A DNA stretch of 64,000 nt from Octopus sinensis (GCF_006345805.1 NC_043000.1:4402001-4466000); one strand, 5' to 3'. Positions 23,883 through 37,251 are shown, counted from the stretch's first letter. Program-made: numbers and translations. The notes: generated by a model from the sequence alone, not told the origin.

Positions 23883-24115
23883 AGGTGGTGAGCTGGCAGA
23901 AACATTAGCACCCCGATCAGAATGCTTAGCAGTATTTCGTCTGCCGTTACATTCTGAGTTCAAATTCCGCTGAGGTTGACTTTGCCTTTCATCCTTTCAG
24001 GGTCAATTAAATAAGTACCAGTTACATACTGGGGTCGATGTAATCGACTTAATCCCTTTGTCTGTCCTTGTTTGTCCTCTCTTTGTTTAGCCCTCTATGG
24101 GCAATAAAGAAATAA
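23883..24115 (+). mobile_element. SINE family 1 directly downstream of the tRNA-Gly copy
   Basis: Full-length copy. Confidence 0.85.
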
Positions 24116-24484
24116 AAAAATTCCTACATCAAACTCACTAATTCTCCTCACCATAACTTTTTATCAACCCACACCCTACAAACACACTCTTTCTCCCCAT
24201 CCTCTTCTCCCTCCATTCTATATAATTATTCATGCAGGATATCTATACCACATATAATTATCATTTCCCACAGCTCCACTCCCACCCCACCATATAACTT
24301 GCCAAACATTATATAAAGCCATAACGAAAAGAAACTTCAAATAAAGCACAATCTGACATATGTAAGCAACTGAAAATTTCGAAGTCACTGTCAACATTTT
24401 GTGACAATATAATTAATATGTACTCTACTAAAAGTATTCAGTAATCATTCGATTTAAAGTTAAATTACTTTTATACATAACTTG

Positions 24485-24910
24485 GTATGTGTGTATGTAT
24501 GTGTGTGTACCTATATGTATAAATGTATATACAACCTATACATATATACGTACATATATATACATACATATATATATATACACACACACATATACATATA
24601 CATACGTATATATATATTATGTGTGTGTGTGTGGTGTGTGTGTCTATATGCATAAATGTATATACATATACATATATACATATATATATACATTTATATA
24701 TTTATATATATATATACACACACACATATATATATATATATACACACACATGCATACATACATATACATATATACTTAAATATATATACATATACACAGA
24801 CACACATGCATGCATATATATATGCATATATATATGTAAAATCTATATATGATATGTATATATATAAAGACACACACACAAACATACACACATACAGACA
24901 GACACACATT
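24485..24910. repeat. Compound (TA)/(CA)/(TACA) microsatellite
   Basis: Direct inspection. Confidence 0.9.
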
Positions 24911-25249
24911 ACACGTACATGCAAGTTTATTATTGGAGGGTTGCCAAACACTAATATAGCTGGTCTTGTAAAGATGAAAAAAATTATATTAATATTATTT
25001 GACATTTTGACTTCTGGTATTTTGTCATGTCAGCATTTTGTCTCGTCAGCATTATGACTGTCAGCATTTTGACATTTGGCATTTTATCCAAGTACAACCA
25101 CCACCAGCACCACTATCATCATTATGCAGGAGCATTCATAGGTTGCTAGTCTGCTAAAAATAGCAGTCAAAATTATTCAGACCACATTGTACAGTCTTAA
25201 AAAGGAAAAAAACACAAAAACAAGAAGGACAAATATAGTTCTCAATATA

Positions 25250-25815
25250 TTGGGTTGTCCGGAAAGTTCGTGCTGATTTATAGTAGCTTACCTTTCGACT
25301 TAATTTAGAACATGGTTGAGTCCATAAAATAGGATTTGACTACACCTCCATTTAGAGCACAGTTTAAGCTATCTTTTCGTGGAAGAAGGTTTATGTTCTT
25401 ATAACCTGTGTTAATTCCGTAACCCTTTAAAATGGAAGATAAGAAAGTTCATTTCCGGCACTTGATGCTTTGGAAACCAGACAAAAATTGCTGCAGCTCG
25501 GCTGGGATGTGCTACCCCACCCTCCATATTCACCAGATATTGCCCCTTTGGATTTCCACTTATTCAGGTCTCTGTAGAATAGTCTTAATGGTAAAAATTT
25601 CAATTCCTTGGATGATGTAAAATGATACCTTGATGAATTCTTTGCCATGAAACCACCTCAATTCTGTGAAGAGGGTATTTTCAAGTTAAAGGAAAGATGG
25701 AGACGCATTGTGCAACAAAATGGTTCATATATGGTTGATTAAAAATGTAATGGCAAGTATTTATTGACCTTTTTCTTTCCTTTTAAAATCGGCACAAACT
25801 TTCCGGACACCCCAA
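25250..25815 (+). mobile_element. Internally deleted mariner element with both TIRs and TA TSD
   Basis: TIRs ttgggttgtccggaaagttcgtgc / gcacaaactttccggacaccccaa; N-terminal [13 protein letters not shown] joined to C-terminal [11 protein letters not shown] coding sequence. Confidence 0.85.
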
Positions 25816-25885
25816 TACAATGGACAGCATGGTCAAGGTTGGAATGTTTTGGTCATAGATTTGCTTGAAGAGGGTTGATTTGAGG

Positions 25886-26112
25886 TTAACCCTTTAGCAT
25901 TTAAACCAGCCATATCCAGCTCAGATATTCAACCTGTTTTATGTTCAAACTGGCCAGATCCAGCCTTTCACACCTACCTTACAATGTCATTGTAAAAATA
26001 AACAATCACGTCATCAAAATCTCAAAGCTATGAAATATACTTGATTAATTCAAGACAATGTGAATAAATAAACATTAAATTCGACAGAGAAATCTGAATA
26101 TCAAAAGGTTTA
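25886..26112. mobile_element. piggyBac-type MITE
   Basis: TTAA-CCCTTTAGCATT start; degenerate AAAAGGTTTA end. Confidence 0.6.
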
Positions 26113-26234
26113 CCATCAGTACTACCACCACCACCAGCATTGTTGCCCACTACAAAAACTATCATCACTACTACAATCACTTCACCACCACTACTGCGCC
26201 AGATATATATATATTTATATATATATATTTATCA

Positions 26235-26600
26235 AAATCAAAATCGAAATCGATCAACATCAATGGAAATTGTAGCTGTGATACCAGTGCCAGTGGCACA
26301 TAAGATAACCATCTGAATGTGGCCGTTGCCAGCGCCGCCCCAACTGGCCTTCGTGCTGGTAGCACGTAAAAAGCAGTATCCAATCGTGGCCATTGCCAGC
26401 TTCGCCTGGCCTCCGTGCTGGTGGCATGTAAAAAGCACCCACTACACTCATGGAGTGGTTGGTGTTAGGAAGGGCATCCAGCCGTAGAAACATTGCCAGA
26501 TCAGACTGGGCCTGGTGCAGCCTTCTGACTTCCCAGACCCCAGTTGAACCATCCAACCCATGCAAGCATGAAAAGCGGATGCTAAATGATGATGATGATA
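26235..26600 (+). mobile_element. RTE LINE 3' UTR
   Basis: Same tail as 19527-20000 and 62700-63150. Confidence 0.75.
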
Positions 26601-27266
26601 TATATATATATATATATATATATGCATGTATGTATATCAGTATATATATATATATGTTAATGTATGTATGTATATATAGATATTCAAAGTTTATGATTAC
26701 TTCTGTCACTACTCAGAGTTTCACACTATATAACAACGAGGGAGATTATTGATTTATTATTTTCAAGCCTGAAGGATCAACATAACTAGAAAAATCTGCT
26801 GAGTAGCGAACGACTCAGTGAATTATCACCTTCAAATAGATAAGCTCTGTTTAATGATTTCAGTACTTTTTTATATATATATATATATGTATGTATATAT
26901 AGTTATGTGTGTGTGTGTCTATATATATACACATACACACACACACATGTATATATATATACATACATACATATACATGTATATATACATACACACACAC
27001 ATGTATATATATATATATATGAGTGAGTACACATACTCAAATATATATATATAAATATACACACACACATATATGTACTTATATATACACACACATATAT
27101 ATGTGTGTATACATATATGATATATAAGCATTATGTATGTATAAGCATACATATATTATGTATGGCTATTTATATTTACATTTTTATACATATGTGTACA
27201 CTCATCTATTTGCAAATATAGTGGCCAGCACTCCAACTCCCCAACTGATAATTCCCACTATGTACC

Positions 27267-27280
27267 GTTGCCATGGTTAC
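27267..27280. promoter_or_regulatory. RFX X-box-like motif
   Basis: GTTGCCATGGTTAC (reverse GTAACC-AT-GGCAAC fits GTNRCC-N0-3-RGYAAC); CCAAT on the minus strand a few bp downstream. Confidence 0.3.
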
Positions 27281-27379
27281 ACAACTATTGGTAGAAAAAA
27301 AAATGAAAAAATATAAAATATGAGAATTGATTTCGCTAAAAGTTATAACATCAAATATTTCAGATGAAAGCTGAATTAC

Positions 27380-28010
27380 TGTTTTAGTGCAATTGTATGA
27401 ATGCTATAAATTTGGTGCTGCTGCTTTGATAGGTGCAATTAAAGTGCATTTGTGTGATAAATGTAACTTTAGTGCTTCTATGATAGGTGCAACTATGATG
27501 CATCTGTGCAATAAATTTAACTCTAGTATTGTTAGATTTGGTGCATTTTTTGATAAATTTAATTTTAGTGCTGCTGTGATAGATGCATGGAGGCACAATG
27601 GCCCAGTGGTTAGGGCAACAGACTCACGGTCGGAGGATTGTGGTTTCAATTCCCAGATCAGGCGTTGTGTGTGTTTATTGAGCGAAAACACCTAAAAAGC
27701 TCCACTAGGCTCCAGCAGGGGGTGGTGGCGACCCTTGTTGTACTCTTTTGCCACAACTTCCTCTCACTCTCTCTTCCTGTTTCTTGAGTAATGCTGCGAT
27801 GGACTAGCATTCCGTCCAGCTGGAGGAAACACATACGCCACAGAAACAGGGAAACTGGGCCCATGAGCCTGGCTAGGCTTGAAAAGGGCGACGTTTATTG
27901 TTTTAAAATAGATGCAATTGTAGTGCATCTTTGCAATAAATTCAATTTTTAGTACTGCTAGGATAGGAGTAACTATGGTACATTGGTGTGGGAAATTTAA
28001 CTTTGGTACT
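27380..28010. repeat. Degenerate ~54-bp minisatellite interrupted by SINE family 3
   Basis: Recurring gataaatttaattttagtgctgctgtgataggtgca units. Confidence 0.6.
27588..27907 (+). mobile_element. SINE family 3 with TSD ATAGATGCA
   Basis: TSD at 27579-27587 and 27908-27916. Confidence 0.85.
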
Positions 28011-28350
28011 GTGTAGTAAGCATGTTCACTCTTTACCTTTAGGTACCCATATTTTGGCTCATCATATGATGGTCGAGTCCATCTAGTTTTACACGAGCTG
28101 TCCACCCCTTAGCATGATAGATTAGTCAAGCGCACCGACATCACTATTTAGGAGAAGCACTTCGCACTAATTCCTGAGTGTGGTGGATTATCACGAGCAA
28201 GTTTGGACAGTCAGCATGGGAGCAGTTTTATTCAGTTTTACATCTTCAGTTAGGAGAGAATTGTCAGGAGATTTTCTGGTCATCATGCTTTGTGTTTTTA
28301 CCATGCACCTCAACATGAAGAAGAAATACAGTGAATATGTTTAACAAACA

Positions 28351-28759
28351 GAAGTGGCTGTGTGGTAAGTAGCTTGTTAACCAACCACATGGTTCCGGGT
28401 TCAGTCCCACTATGTGGCATCTTGGGCAAGTGTCTTCTGCTATAGCCCCGGGCCAACCAATGCCTTGTGAGTGGATTTAGTAGATAGAAACTGAAAGAAG
28501 CCTGTCGTATATATGTATATATATATATATATGTGTATGTGTGTGTGTTTGTGTGCCTGTGTTTGTCCCCCCAACATCGCTTGACAACCGATGCTGGTGT
28601 GTTTACGTCCCCGTCACTTAGCGGTTCGGCAAAAGAAGTACTGGGCTTACAAAGAATAAGTCCCGGGGTCGATTTGCTTGACCAAAAGCGGTGCTCCAGC
28701 ATGGCCGCAGTCAAATGACTGAAACAAGTAAAAGAGTAAAAGAGTAAAGAGTAAAAGAG
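28351..28759 (+). mobile_element. SINE family 2
   Basis: Full-length copy. Confidence 0.85.
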
Positions 28760-28888
28760 AAGTATCCATGTGTACCAGTTGCAGTATTTTCTTTTAGCAG
28801 CGAAATAAATGTGGCAGTCAACTTTAACTTGTCTTTGTATTTCTTGCAGTTCTTTATCCTGCTGTCTCTTATTAAACCCAAAGATATA

Positions 28889-29120
28889 TATTTCTTTACT
28901 ACTCACAAGGGGCTAAACACAGAGGGAACAAACAAGGACAGACAAATGGATTAAGTCGATTATATCGACCCCAGTGCGTAACTGGTACTTAATTTATTGA
29001 CCCCCGAAAGGATGAAAGGTAAAGTCGACCTCAGCGGAATTTGAACTCAGAACGTAACGGCAGACGAAATACGACTACGCATTTCACCCGGCGTGCTAAC
29101 GTTTCTGCCAGCTCGCTGCC
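28889..29120 (-). mobile_element. SINE family 1
   Basis: Full-length copy. Confidence 0.85.
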
Positions 29121-29643
29121 TTTTTAAACCGAAAGACATAATATTACCAAAGTCTTGGCTACATGCACTCTTTGTCACTGCACTAAAACTGCTTTGATAG
29201 GTGCATCTGTGCAATAAATGTAATCATAGCGATATTATGAGCAGTGCAGATGTGTGATAAATGTATCTTCGATGCTATGGTCTGGTAAACACAAATTACT
29301 GTATATGTAAGATAGATGGAAGTTTAATGTGGATGTGTGAGAAATACAACTTAAGTTGTGACCAACTTCTTAGATAAAATAACACAAGTATTGGACAATT
29401 AAACTGTAGACCATGAGTTTGTATAACACTATAGATATTTCATAGGTGTTTAGCCACAAGTCAAGCCTGATCCAGAAGACTCATTATAAAAATTGTTCCA
29501 AACAATAACATCCTGCCTTTTATTATACTTAATAAACTGACCCCTGTCAGTTATAACAACAAGGGTTCCGGCGCATCAAATCAACACAACAGCCTGCTCC
29601 CTTTGAAAGCTTAAAATTTATTTTATAGTTTATTATTGTTTAT

Positions 29644-29852
29644 CTCTTTCTCTTTTACTTGTTTCAGTCATTTGACCGCGGCCATACTGGAGCACCACCT
29701 TTAGATGAGCAAATCGACCCCAGGACTTATTCTTTGGAAGACTAGTACTTATTCTATCAGTCTCTTTTGCCGAATCGCTAAGTTACGCAGATGTAAACAC
29801 ACCAGCATCGGTTGTTAAGCAATGCTGGGGGGATACAGACACACAAACATAT

Positions 29853-29885
<33 letters not shown>

Positions 29886-30020
29886 CATACATATATACGA
29901 CAGGCTTCTTTCAGTTTCCGTCTACCAAATCCACTCATAAGGCTTTGGTCAGCCCAAGGCTATAGTAGAAGACTCTTGCCCAAGGTGCCACGTAGTGGAA
30001 CTGAACCCATAACCATGTGC
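29644..30020 (-). mobile_element. SINE family 2
   Basis: Near full-length copy. Confidence 0.8.
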
Positions 30021-30109
30021 CTATAGTTTGAATTACATACATAAGGGGCCACCAAAAATTTTTAAGTGCTTTGATAGGGCCTCTATGGGTCTTGATCCAG
30101 CTCTGACCT

Positions 30110-30470
30110 TACCTATCCAGTGAAGGTGACAGATGATGATGTCATGAAAGCATAAAGTTTACTGGACCAATTCCCAAGTGGACAGGCACGAATCCTCATA
30201 GATAAGTTTGTTCAATCAATTCTCTTTGAACTGAACAGGTTGGCTAGAATGCAGAGATTCTATGGGGTCAAATTTCCCCTCCTTGAAATGTAGAAACCCA
30301 ATTCTGTACAGTTTTTGCTTTTTTTCAGTAATAGTGCCTTCTCTGTACGCATATCTTGAGCAGTTTCGGCAGCTTTGGAACCTTGACTGAAAGCAAAGAG
30401 AAGCAGGTGTTGAAAATGCTGTTTTTCTTCTTTTTTTTCTACTTGGCACTCCATCACTGTATGTCTGAAA
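30110..30470 (-). mobile_element. Mariner transposase N-terminal remnant
   Basis: MECQVEKK..HFQHLLLFAFSQGSKAAETAQD...FKEGKFD. Confidence 0.8.
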
Positions 30471-30636
30471 AGAGTTAAAGTTTATTCAAATTTCAGAGAA
30501 AAGTAAACAAAGGTTGTAGAGAAAGAATAGAGTTACAAAAAACAAAGCCATAAAAAACACAATATTGTAAAGATATTTTTCACATTAATTTAAAATACAT
30601 GGGAAAGAAACAAATGAATTCATCTGACAACCTAAT

Positions 30637-31738
30637 ATGTATGCATATGTTTATACCTACCTACCTACATACATCCATACATACATGCATGCATACGTAC
30701 ATACATACATACATACATGCATACATACATACATACATGCATACATACATACACACACACACACATACATACATACATACATACATACACACATACATAC
30801 AAACATACATACATACATACATACATGCATACATACATACATACATACATACATACATACATACATACATACACAAATACACACAAACATACATACATAC
30901 ATACATACATACATACATACATGCATGCATACATACATACATACATACATACATGCATACATACATGCATACATACATACATACATACATACATACATAA
31001 CATACATACATGCACATACATACATACATAATACATACATACATACATACATACAGCATACATACATGCATACATACATACATACATACATACATACATA
31101 CATGCATACATACATACATACATACATACATACATACATACATACATACATACATGCATACATACATGCATACATACATACATACATACATGCATACATA
31201 CATACATACATACATACATACATACATACATACATACATAATGCATACATACATACATACATACATACATACATACATACATACATGCATACATACATAC
31301 ATACATAATACATACATACATACATACATACATGCATACATACATACATACATACATACATACATACATACACACATACATACATACATAAATACATACA
31401 TACATACATAACACATACATACATACATACATACATACATAACACATACATACATACATACATACATACATACATACATACATAACACATACATACATAC
31501 ATACATACATACATACATAACACATACATACATACATACATACATACATACATGCATACATACATACATACATACACACACACATACATAAATACATACA
31601 TACATGCATACATGCATACATACATACATACATACACACATACATACATACATAAATACATACATGCATACATGCATACATACATACATACATACATACA
31701 TACATGCATACATACATACATACATGCATCATACATAC

Positions 31739-31800
<62 letters not shown>
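30637..31800. repeat. ~1.1-kb (ACAT)n microsatellite followed by (TA)n
   Basis: Direct inspection; accounts for the long HTYI/MYVC ORFs. Confidence 0.95.
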
Positions 31801-31805
<5 letters not shown>

Positions 31806-31926
31806 CATCATCATTTAATGTCTGTCTTCCATGCCAGCAAGGGTGATATATATATATATATATATATTATGAATGTGTGTGTTGGCTGAGATAAAATGTA
31901 TCTTTGATGCAGTTGAACAGATAATA

Positions 31927-32825
31927 TTGGGATCATCCCATAAATAATGCGTTTTTTTATACTTCCATTATTCTTAAAAATTAAGATAAAGTTCTTTTTT
32001 AATCTAAACTATGCTGTCCTTCATTTTCTACAATGCTCTTCCATCAGTCTGGTAGACTTTCAAGGCCCCTCTTCCAAAATTCACTTGTCCATGCGGAAAA
32101 AAATTCTCCAGTACTGTTCTGACCTCAACTGCAGAATTCATATTTTTTCTGTCCAAATGATTTTGAAGACTGTAGAATAAATGATAATCAGATGGGGGTA
32201 ATGTCTGCAGAATATGATGGATGGGGCACTGTTCCCCATTCAAACTGCTTCAGCTTTTGGAATGTCATCCTCGCTGTATGTGGCTAAGCATTATCTTGAT
32301 GGAAGAACACCTTTCGTCTTGATACCAAAGATGGTCAGTTTTCTTTTAGCACTGACTTAAGCCACTCAAGCTGCTCGCAGTAGATATCCTTTGTTATCGT
32401 TTGGTTTGGGTTTAAAATTTCAAAGTGGACTAAACCTTTCATATCCCACCAAACAGATAACAACACTTTAAATGGGTGAAGACCTTCTTTAGCCTGGGGT
32501 GCCGGTGTTCCTCCTTTCCCTACCCACTGTCTTTGGTGCTTGACATTTTTATAGAGAACCCATTTCTTGTCACCAGTCACTATTTGGTCAAAAAAAGGTT
32601 CATTCAAAGAAGAGTGCACATTTACTCTCAGCATGTGATTAGACTCGGAAAGTTTGAGGAACACGTTGACCCAATTGGCTGATTTTTTCTGATGACATGC
32701 AGGTGTCGATGAATGGCTGGATAACCAAATCCAAGTTTCTCTGCTAGTTTCTCAACAGTTATGATAGGAATTTGTTCCACCAGGGTTTGCAGGGATTCCT
32801 CATTGAACTCAAGAGATCTCAACAG
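31927..32825 (-). mobile_element. Mariner transposase remnant with 3' TIR
   Basis: DQIVTGDKKWVLYKN, LSVWWDMKG, PPSDYHLF; TA-ttgggatcatccataaataatgc terminus. Confidence 0.85.
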
Positions 32826-32945
32826 CAATGGCATCATAAGAAAAATGGACAGCAAGATGACAGAGAATGACAATTTGTTGCTTTTTCTTTTCTCTGTTAC
32901 ATTCCTATTTCAGTAAGTGGCTGATGGCCATCATGAAGCCATGGT

Positions 32946-33425
32946 TTAGCCCTTTTGTTACCAACCCGGTGGAAACCAGCTCTGGCTCTGTAGTACAAAT
33001 GTCTTGTTTTCAAAAGTTTTGAATTAAAATCTTCCACCAAACCTTAGTCACAATTTATGTTCCTAACACTAGCTGAATGATAACTAAGTTGTTTTACTCA
33101 ATTCTTTGTTATATTTAAAGTAATTGAAAGAAACACAGAGTATCTCAAAAAAATATGGTAACAAAAGGGTTAAAATATATAATAGAGAAACAATTCTTAA
33201 CCCTTTCGTTACCAACCCGGCCAAAACTGGCTCTAGCTCTGTAGTACAAATGTCTTGGTTTCATAAGTTTTGAATTAAAATCTTCCACCAAACCTTAGTC
33301 ACAATTTATGTTCCTAACGCTAGCTTAAAGATAACTAAGTTGTTTTACTCAATTCTTAGTTATATTTAAATTAATTGAAAGAAACACAGAGCATCTCAAA
33401 ATAAATACAGTAACAAAAGGGTTAA
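32946..33425 (+). mobile_element. Dimer of ~228-bp piggyBac MITEs separated by a 23-bp spacer
   Basis: TT(A)A-CCCTTT...AAAGGG-TTAA units 32946-33173 and 33197-33425. Confidence 0.85.
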
Positions 33426-34253
33426 AGCAGTGGTCTGGCAGCACAAGACACAGAGGAGCAGAGGCACACAATATGTGAATGAGCATGGGAAACCTCACGT
33501 TCCATACCAGTTTCACTTCTTGTCCTCTGATCTTGCTTTTATTTGTATCCTTTACTTAATCATCTGAAATATTAATTGAACAAGACTAAAACAGCCCAAA
33601 TCACTTCATTCTTTGCACATACTCTAAAAATATGCAAATTTCAATGCTCAAGATCACAAGGAAATAGAAATTATTAATCAATTTATCAAATATTAGTAAG
33701 AATGAAAACATCCCAACTATGCCCATCCCATCTGTTTTATAGAATTAGAGAATTTTTTCACGTTAGTAACAATGAAAACATTCAATCATCTTGTCTTTTT
33801 AATGGAATCAGAATTTTCCAACAATAATCATCCTATTTTTTATGGATTCAGAGATTTTTCAATTTAATAAGAATAAAAGTGTTTGAGCTGTGCCCATCCC
33901 GTCTTTTTCCTTTCAGTTCAAATTTCAACTCAAACTGAGACAATACACATGAAGATTAATAAATGATCAATAGAAATCAAAAATAATAAAATTTGATAGA
34001 ATTTAGGATAGAAAAATTTAATAAATATTATTGCAATATTATAATAAACACAATTTATGAAAAATCTCAATAGTTATTTTTGCAATCATCTGTAATAATG
34101 ATTTCAAAATTTTTGCCACAAGGGGAGGGGATTAAGTCAGTTATATCGACCCCAGTGTTCCACCGGTACTTAATTTATTGGCCCTGAACAGATGAAAGGC
34201 AAAATCAGCCTCAGCGGAATTTGAACTTAGAATGTAGCAATGGGAAAAATACC

Positions 34254-34485
34254 TATTTCTTTACTACCCACGAGGGGCTAAACACAGAGAGGATAAACAA
34301 GGACAGACACACCGATTAAGTCGATTATATCAACCCCAGTGCATAACAGGTACTTAATTTATCGACCCCCGAAAGGATGAAAGGCAAAGTTGACCTCGGC
34401 GGAATTTGAACTCTGAACGTAACGGCAGACGAAATACCGCTAAGCATTTCGCCCGGCGTGCTACCATTTCTGCCAGTTCGCTGCC
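34254..34485 (-). mobile_element. SINE family 1
   Basis: Full-length copy. Confidence 0.85.
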
Positions 34486-34740
34486 TTGCAATCATGTGTA
34501 ACAATGCACACAACAATATACAATAATCCCTTCCTGTATCGCCGTTCACCTATCACGGTTTATTATTTAAGCTTATGTTAATTCTTCTGTGGTGTGTTTT
34601 GCATTTATAATAAAATAGATACATACAAATTAAGAAAATAATAAAAAAGTATACAGTACAGTACTGTTTCTACTTCGTGGATTTTCACCTATTGTGGGGG
34701 GTTTTGGAACATAAAACCCATGATAGTCAAGGGATTACTG

Positions 34741-35135
34741 CTGTTGGCATCCTTTTGTCTCGGGACACAATGGAGTTGCACATAAACTAATCCAGTCTGG
34801 TTTTTACATTTCATGTTCTCTCCAGTTTCCTCTCCAGTTTTGCGCAGGCCTGGGCTAGATGTAAGAAAATCCTGGGTACCCCAGTCGTCAGGATTCCTCT
34901 CTCGACCTTGCTGACGTAGTCCAAAGGAGTGCAGAGCATTATGTTTGGCACCAGCTTGGTTGCAGGAGCTGCCAGAAGAGTGTCGAGTCGAATACTAAAC
35001 CGCCTACAAGGCTCCACTTCGGATTCCTTTGAAGGTTGTCTCCTTTCCGTAACCCTGGATAGGGGCCCATACCAGGTACTGTCAGCCGGAGCCAGCTGAG
35101 CCTGGAACTTGTGTCAGGCAGGGTCATCACTCCCT
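34741..35135 (-). mobile_element. RTE LINE 5' UTR fragment, possibly with a partial HDV-like ribozyme
   Basis: gcagctcctgcaaccaagctggtgccaaacataatgctctgc resembles RTE 5' UTRs as recalled; P1/P3/P1.1-like pairings at 35045-35127. Confidence 0.5.
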
Positions 35136-36321
35136 GAAGTAGTGAAGAAAATTGCTGCCCACTACCTAAAGAGATTACTGTATTTCAAAATAAATAGCAG
35201 TGTGTGATATTCAGAAATATTTCATTGTACCTATTTTTGTGAAAAAGTGATGAAAGCCATTCAGTTGGTATCGAATGTATAGACCTCCTAAGGCCAAGTA
35301 GACCACTAGGAGATGATTTTTCAAAAATAGTGCTCCAGCCATGCCCATCCCAACTTTCATTCAAAAGTAAAAGTGGTGGTGTTTTAAAGGTGAGGATAAT
35401 GTAGTATACTAAGGCCTTATGTGGTTCAGGGGTTGGTGATGGTGGTGATGGTGGAGCGATAGTGGTAGTGGTGGTGTGGGGATGGAGTAGGGTGGTGGTA
35501 GTAGTGGCGGTGGAAGTAGTGATAGTTGTTGTGGTGATGATGGCATTGATGATGGTAGTGATATGGTAGTGGGGTGATAGTGGTAGTGTTGGCGGTGGTG
35601 GTGATTAGTGGTGGTATTGGTTGTGGTGATGTTGTTAATGGTGGTGATGGTAGTGATGAAGGTAACGGCAGAAGTGATGATAGTGGTAGCGATGATGCTT
35701 GCAACAGTGGTGGTAAAACTGCTGCAGCTGTGGTCATGATGGTAGTAGCGGTTGTGATGAAGGTGGTTGTGGTGATGGCAGGGATAGTGGTGATGATGGT
35801 AGAGATGCTGCTGTAGTTGTCATGGTAGTGAGGGGTGGCAGTGGTGGTGGTGGTGGTGGTGGTGGTGGTGGTGTTGGTGTTGGCAGTAGTTTGTAATATT
35901 GAAATAATTATGTATTTTGATGACTGGAATCAGAAATATTTACTTAATTGCTTTGTCTGATTTTCTGAGAGGAAATGTTAACATACAAAATCGTTGGATA
36001 TCAAAGAAGTGTGAATTTCATAGTGATTAATTGTTTAAATAATTGGTTTAACTAATTTGTTATCACTGCTACCACTACTACTACTACTGCTGCATCTGTT
36101 GGTGTTGTTGTTGTTCTTATTGTTGCTGATATTGTTGTTTAACTCCTTCATCAAATTTGATCATATTTCTGCTCCATCAGAGCAGAACTATGATCAAAAA
36201 CCTTCCAGCCATGGCCTTCCCAATTATTGTTTTTTTTTGGGTTTTTTTTCCTTATTTTCACTCTAGTACACTTACCTAGCCCGCATACCTTTTTCTTTTT
36301 TTTTTTTTTGCTCCTCTAGCT

Positions 36322-36572
36322 CAGTGGTTCTCAGTGCACATACACCCTTTGATTATATTTTACTCCATTGCTATTCAATGTATATAAAAGAAAAATCTTT
36401 CTGTAGTTTTATAATTAAATATTATTAGGAATTGTATTAAAAAATTAATTAAAATGTTTTGTGTATTGTAGAAGTATGAGCAATTCATTGCACATAAATT
36501 TTAACATCAAAATGGACCCCTAAGGGCCATATGGATACCCAAGGGCCTTATGGGCTCTGGTTGAGAAACACT
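36322..36572. mobile_element. hAT (Charlie-like) MITE
   Basis: cagtggttctcag ... gttgagaaacact; similar to 14656-15275. Confidence 0.6.
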
Positions 36573-36604
36573 TCTCTCATATTCACTGTGTACCTTAACT
36601 TCAC

Positions 36605-37251
36605 ATCTCTCCCTCTCTCTCTCTCTCTCCCTTTCTCACTTTCTCTCTCCCTCTCCCTTTCTCCCTCTCCCTTTCTCCCTCTCCCTTTCTCCCTCTCCCC
36701 TCTCCCTTTTTTGTCTCTCTTTCGCTTTCTCTCCCTCTCTCTCTCTTTCTTTCTCTCTCCTCTCTCTCCCTTTCTCTCTTTCTCTCTGTCTCTCCTACTC
36801 TCCCTCTCTCCCTTTATCTCTCCCTTTTTGTCTCTCTCTTTCTCAACTTTTCTCTCTCTTACTCCCCTCCTCTCTCTTCCTCTCCCTCTCCCTTACCCCA
36901 GATGGAAAGGCCATGTAATCATCTCTTCAGCAAGACACTTGTTCCTGTCCCCTCTATCATACTTTCATATCCCTCAATACTATACCCTGCTCACTTGAGG
37001 GATCTTGTCTTGCAGGTACTTGGTGACCTCACCAGTGCCAATGACATGGAAAGAGCACCCAGTACACTCTGTAAAGTGGTTGGCAATAGGAAGGGCATCC
37101 AGCTGTAGAAACTATACTAAAGTAGACCCTGGAGTGGAGCTCAGACAGCTCCCTAGCTCTTCAGTTTGTTTTGAACCATCCAAGCCATGCCAGCATGGAA
37201 AAGGGATGGACGTTTAAGGATTATGATGCTGATGATAATGCTGTTGTTGCT

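Noticed and set aside
30599-31818. Long ORFs (up to 385 aa) of HTYI/MYVC repeats, and similar ORFs at 17649, 24489, 44444, 45525 and 55876
   Set aside because: Translations of microsatellites with no coding signal
34871-34892. CUGACGA followed by a CUGGG/CCCAG hairpin on the minus strand
   Set aside because: Followed by GAUU rather than GAAA and no stem I; part of the RTE 5' UTR
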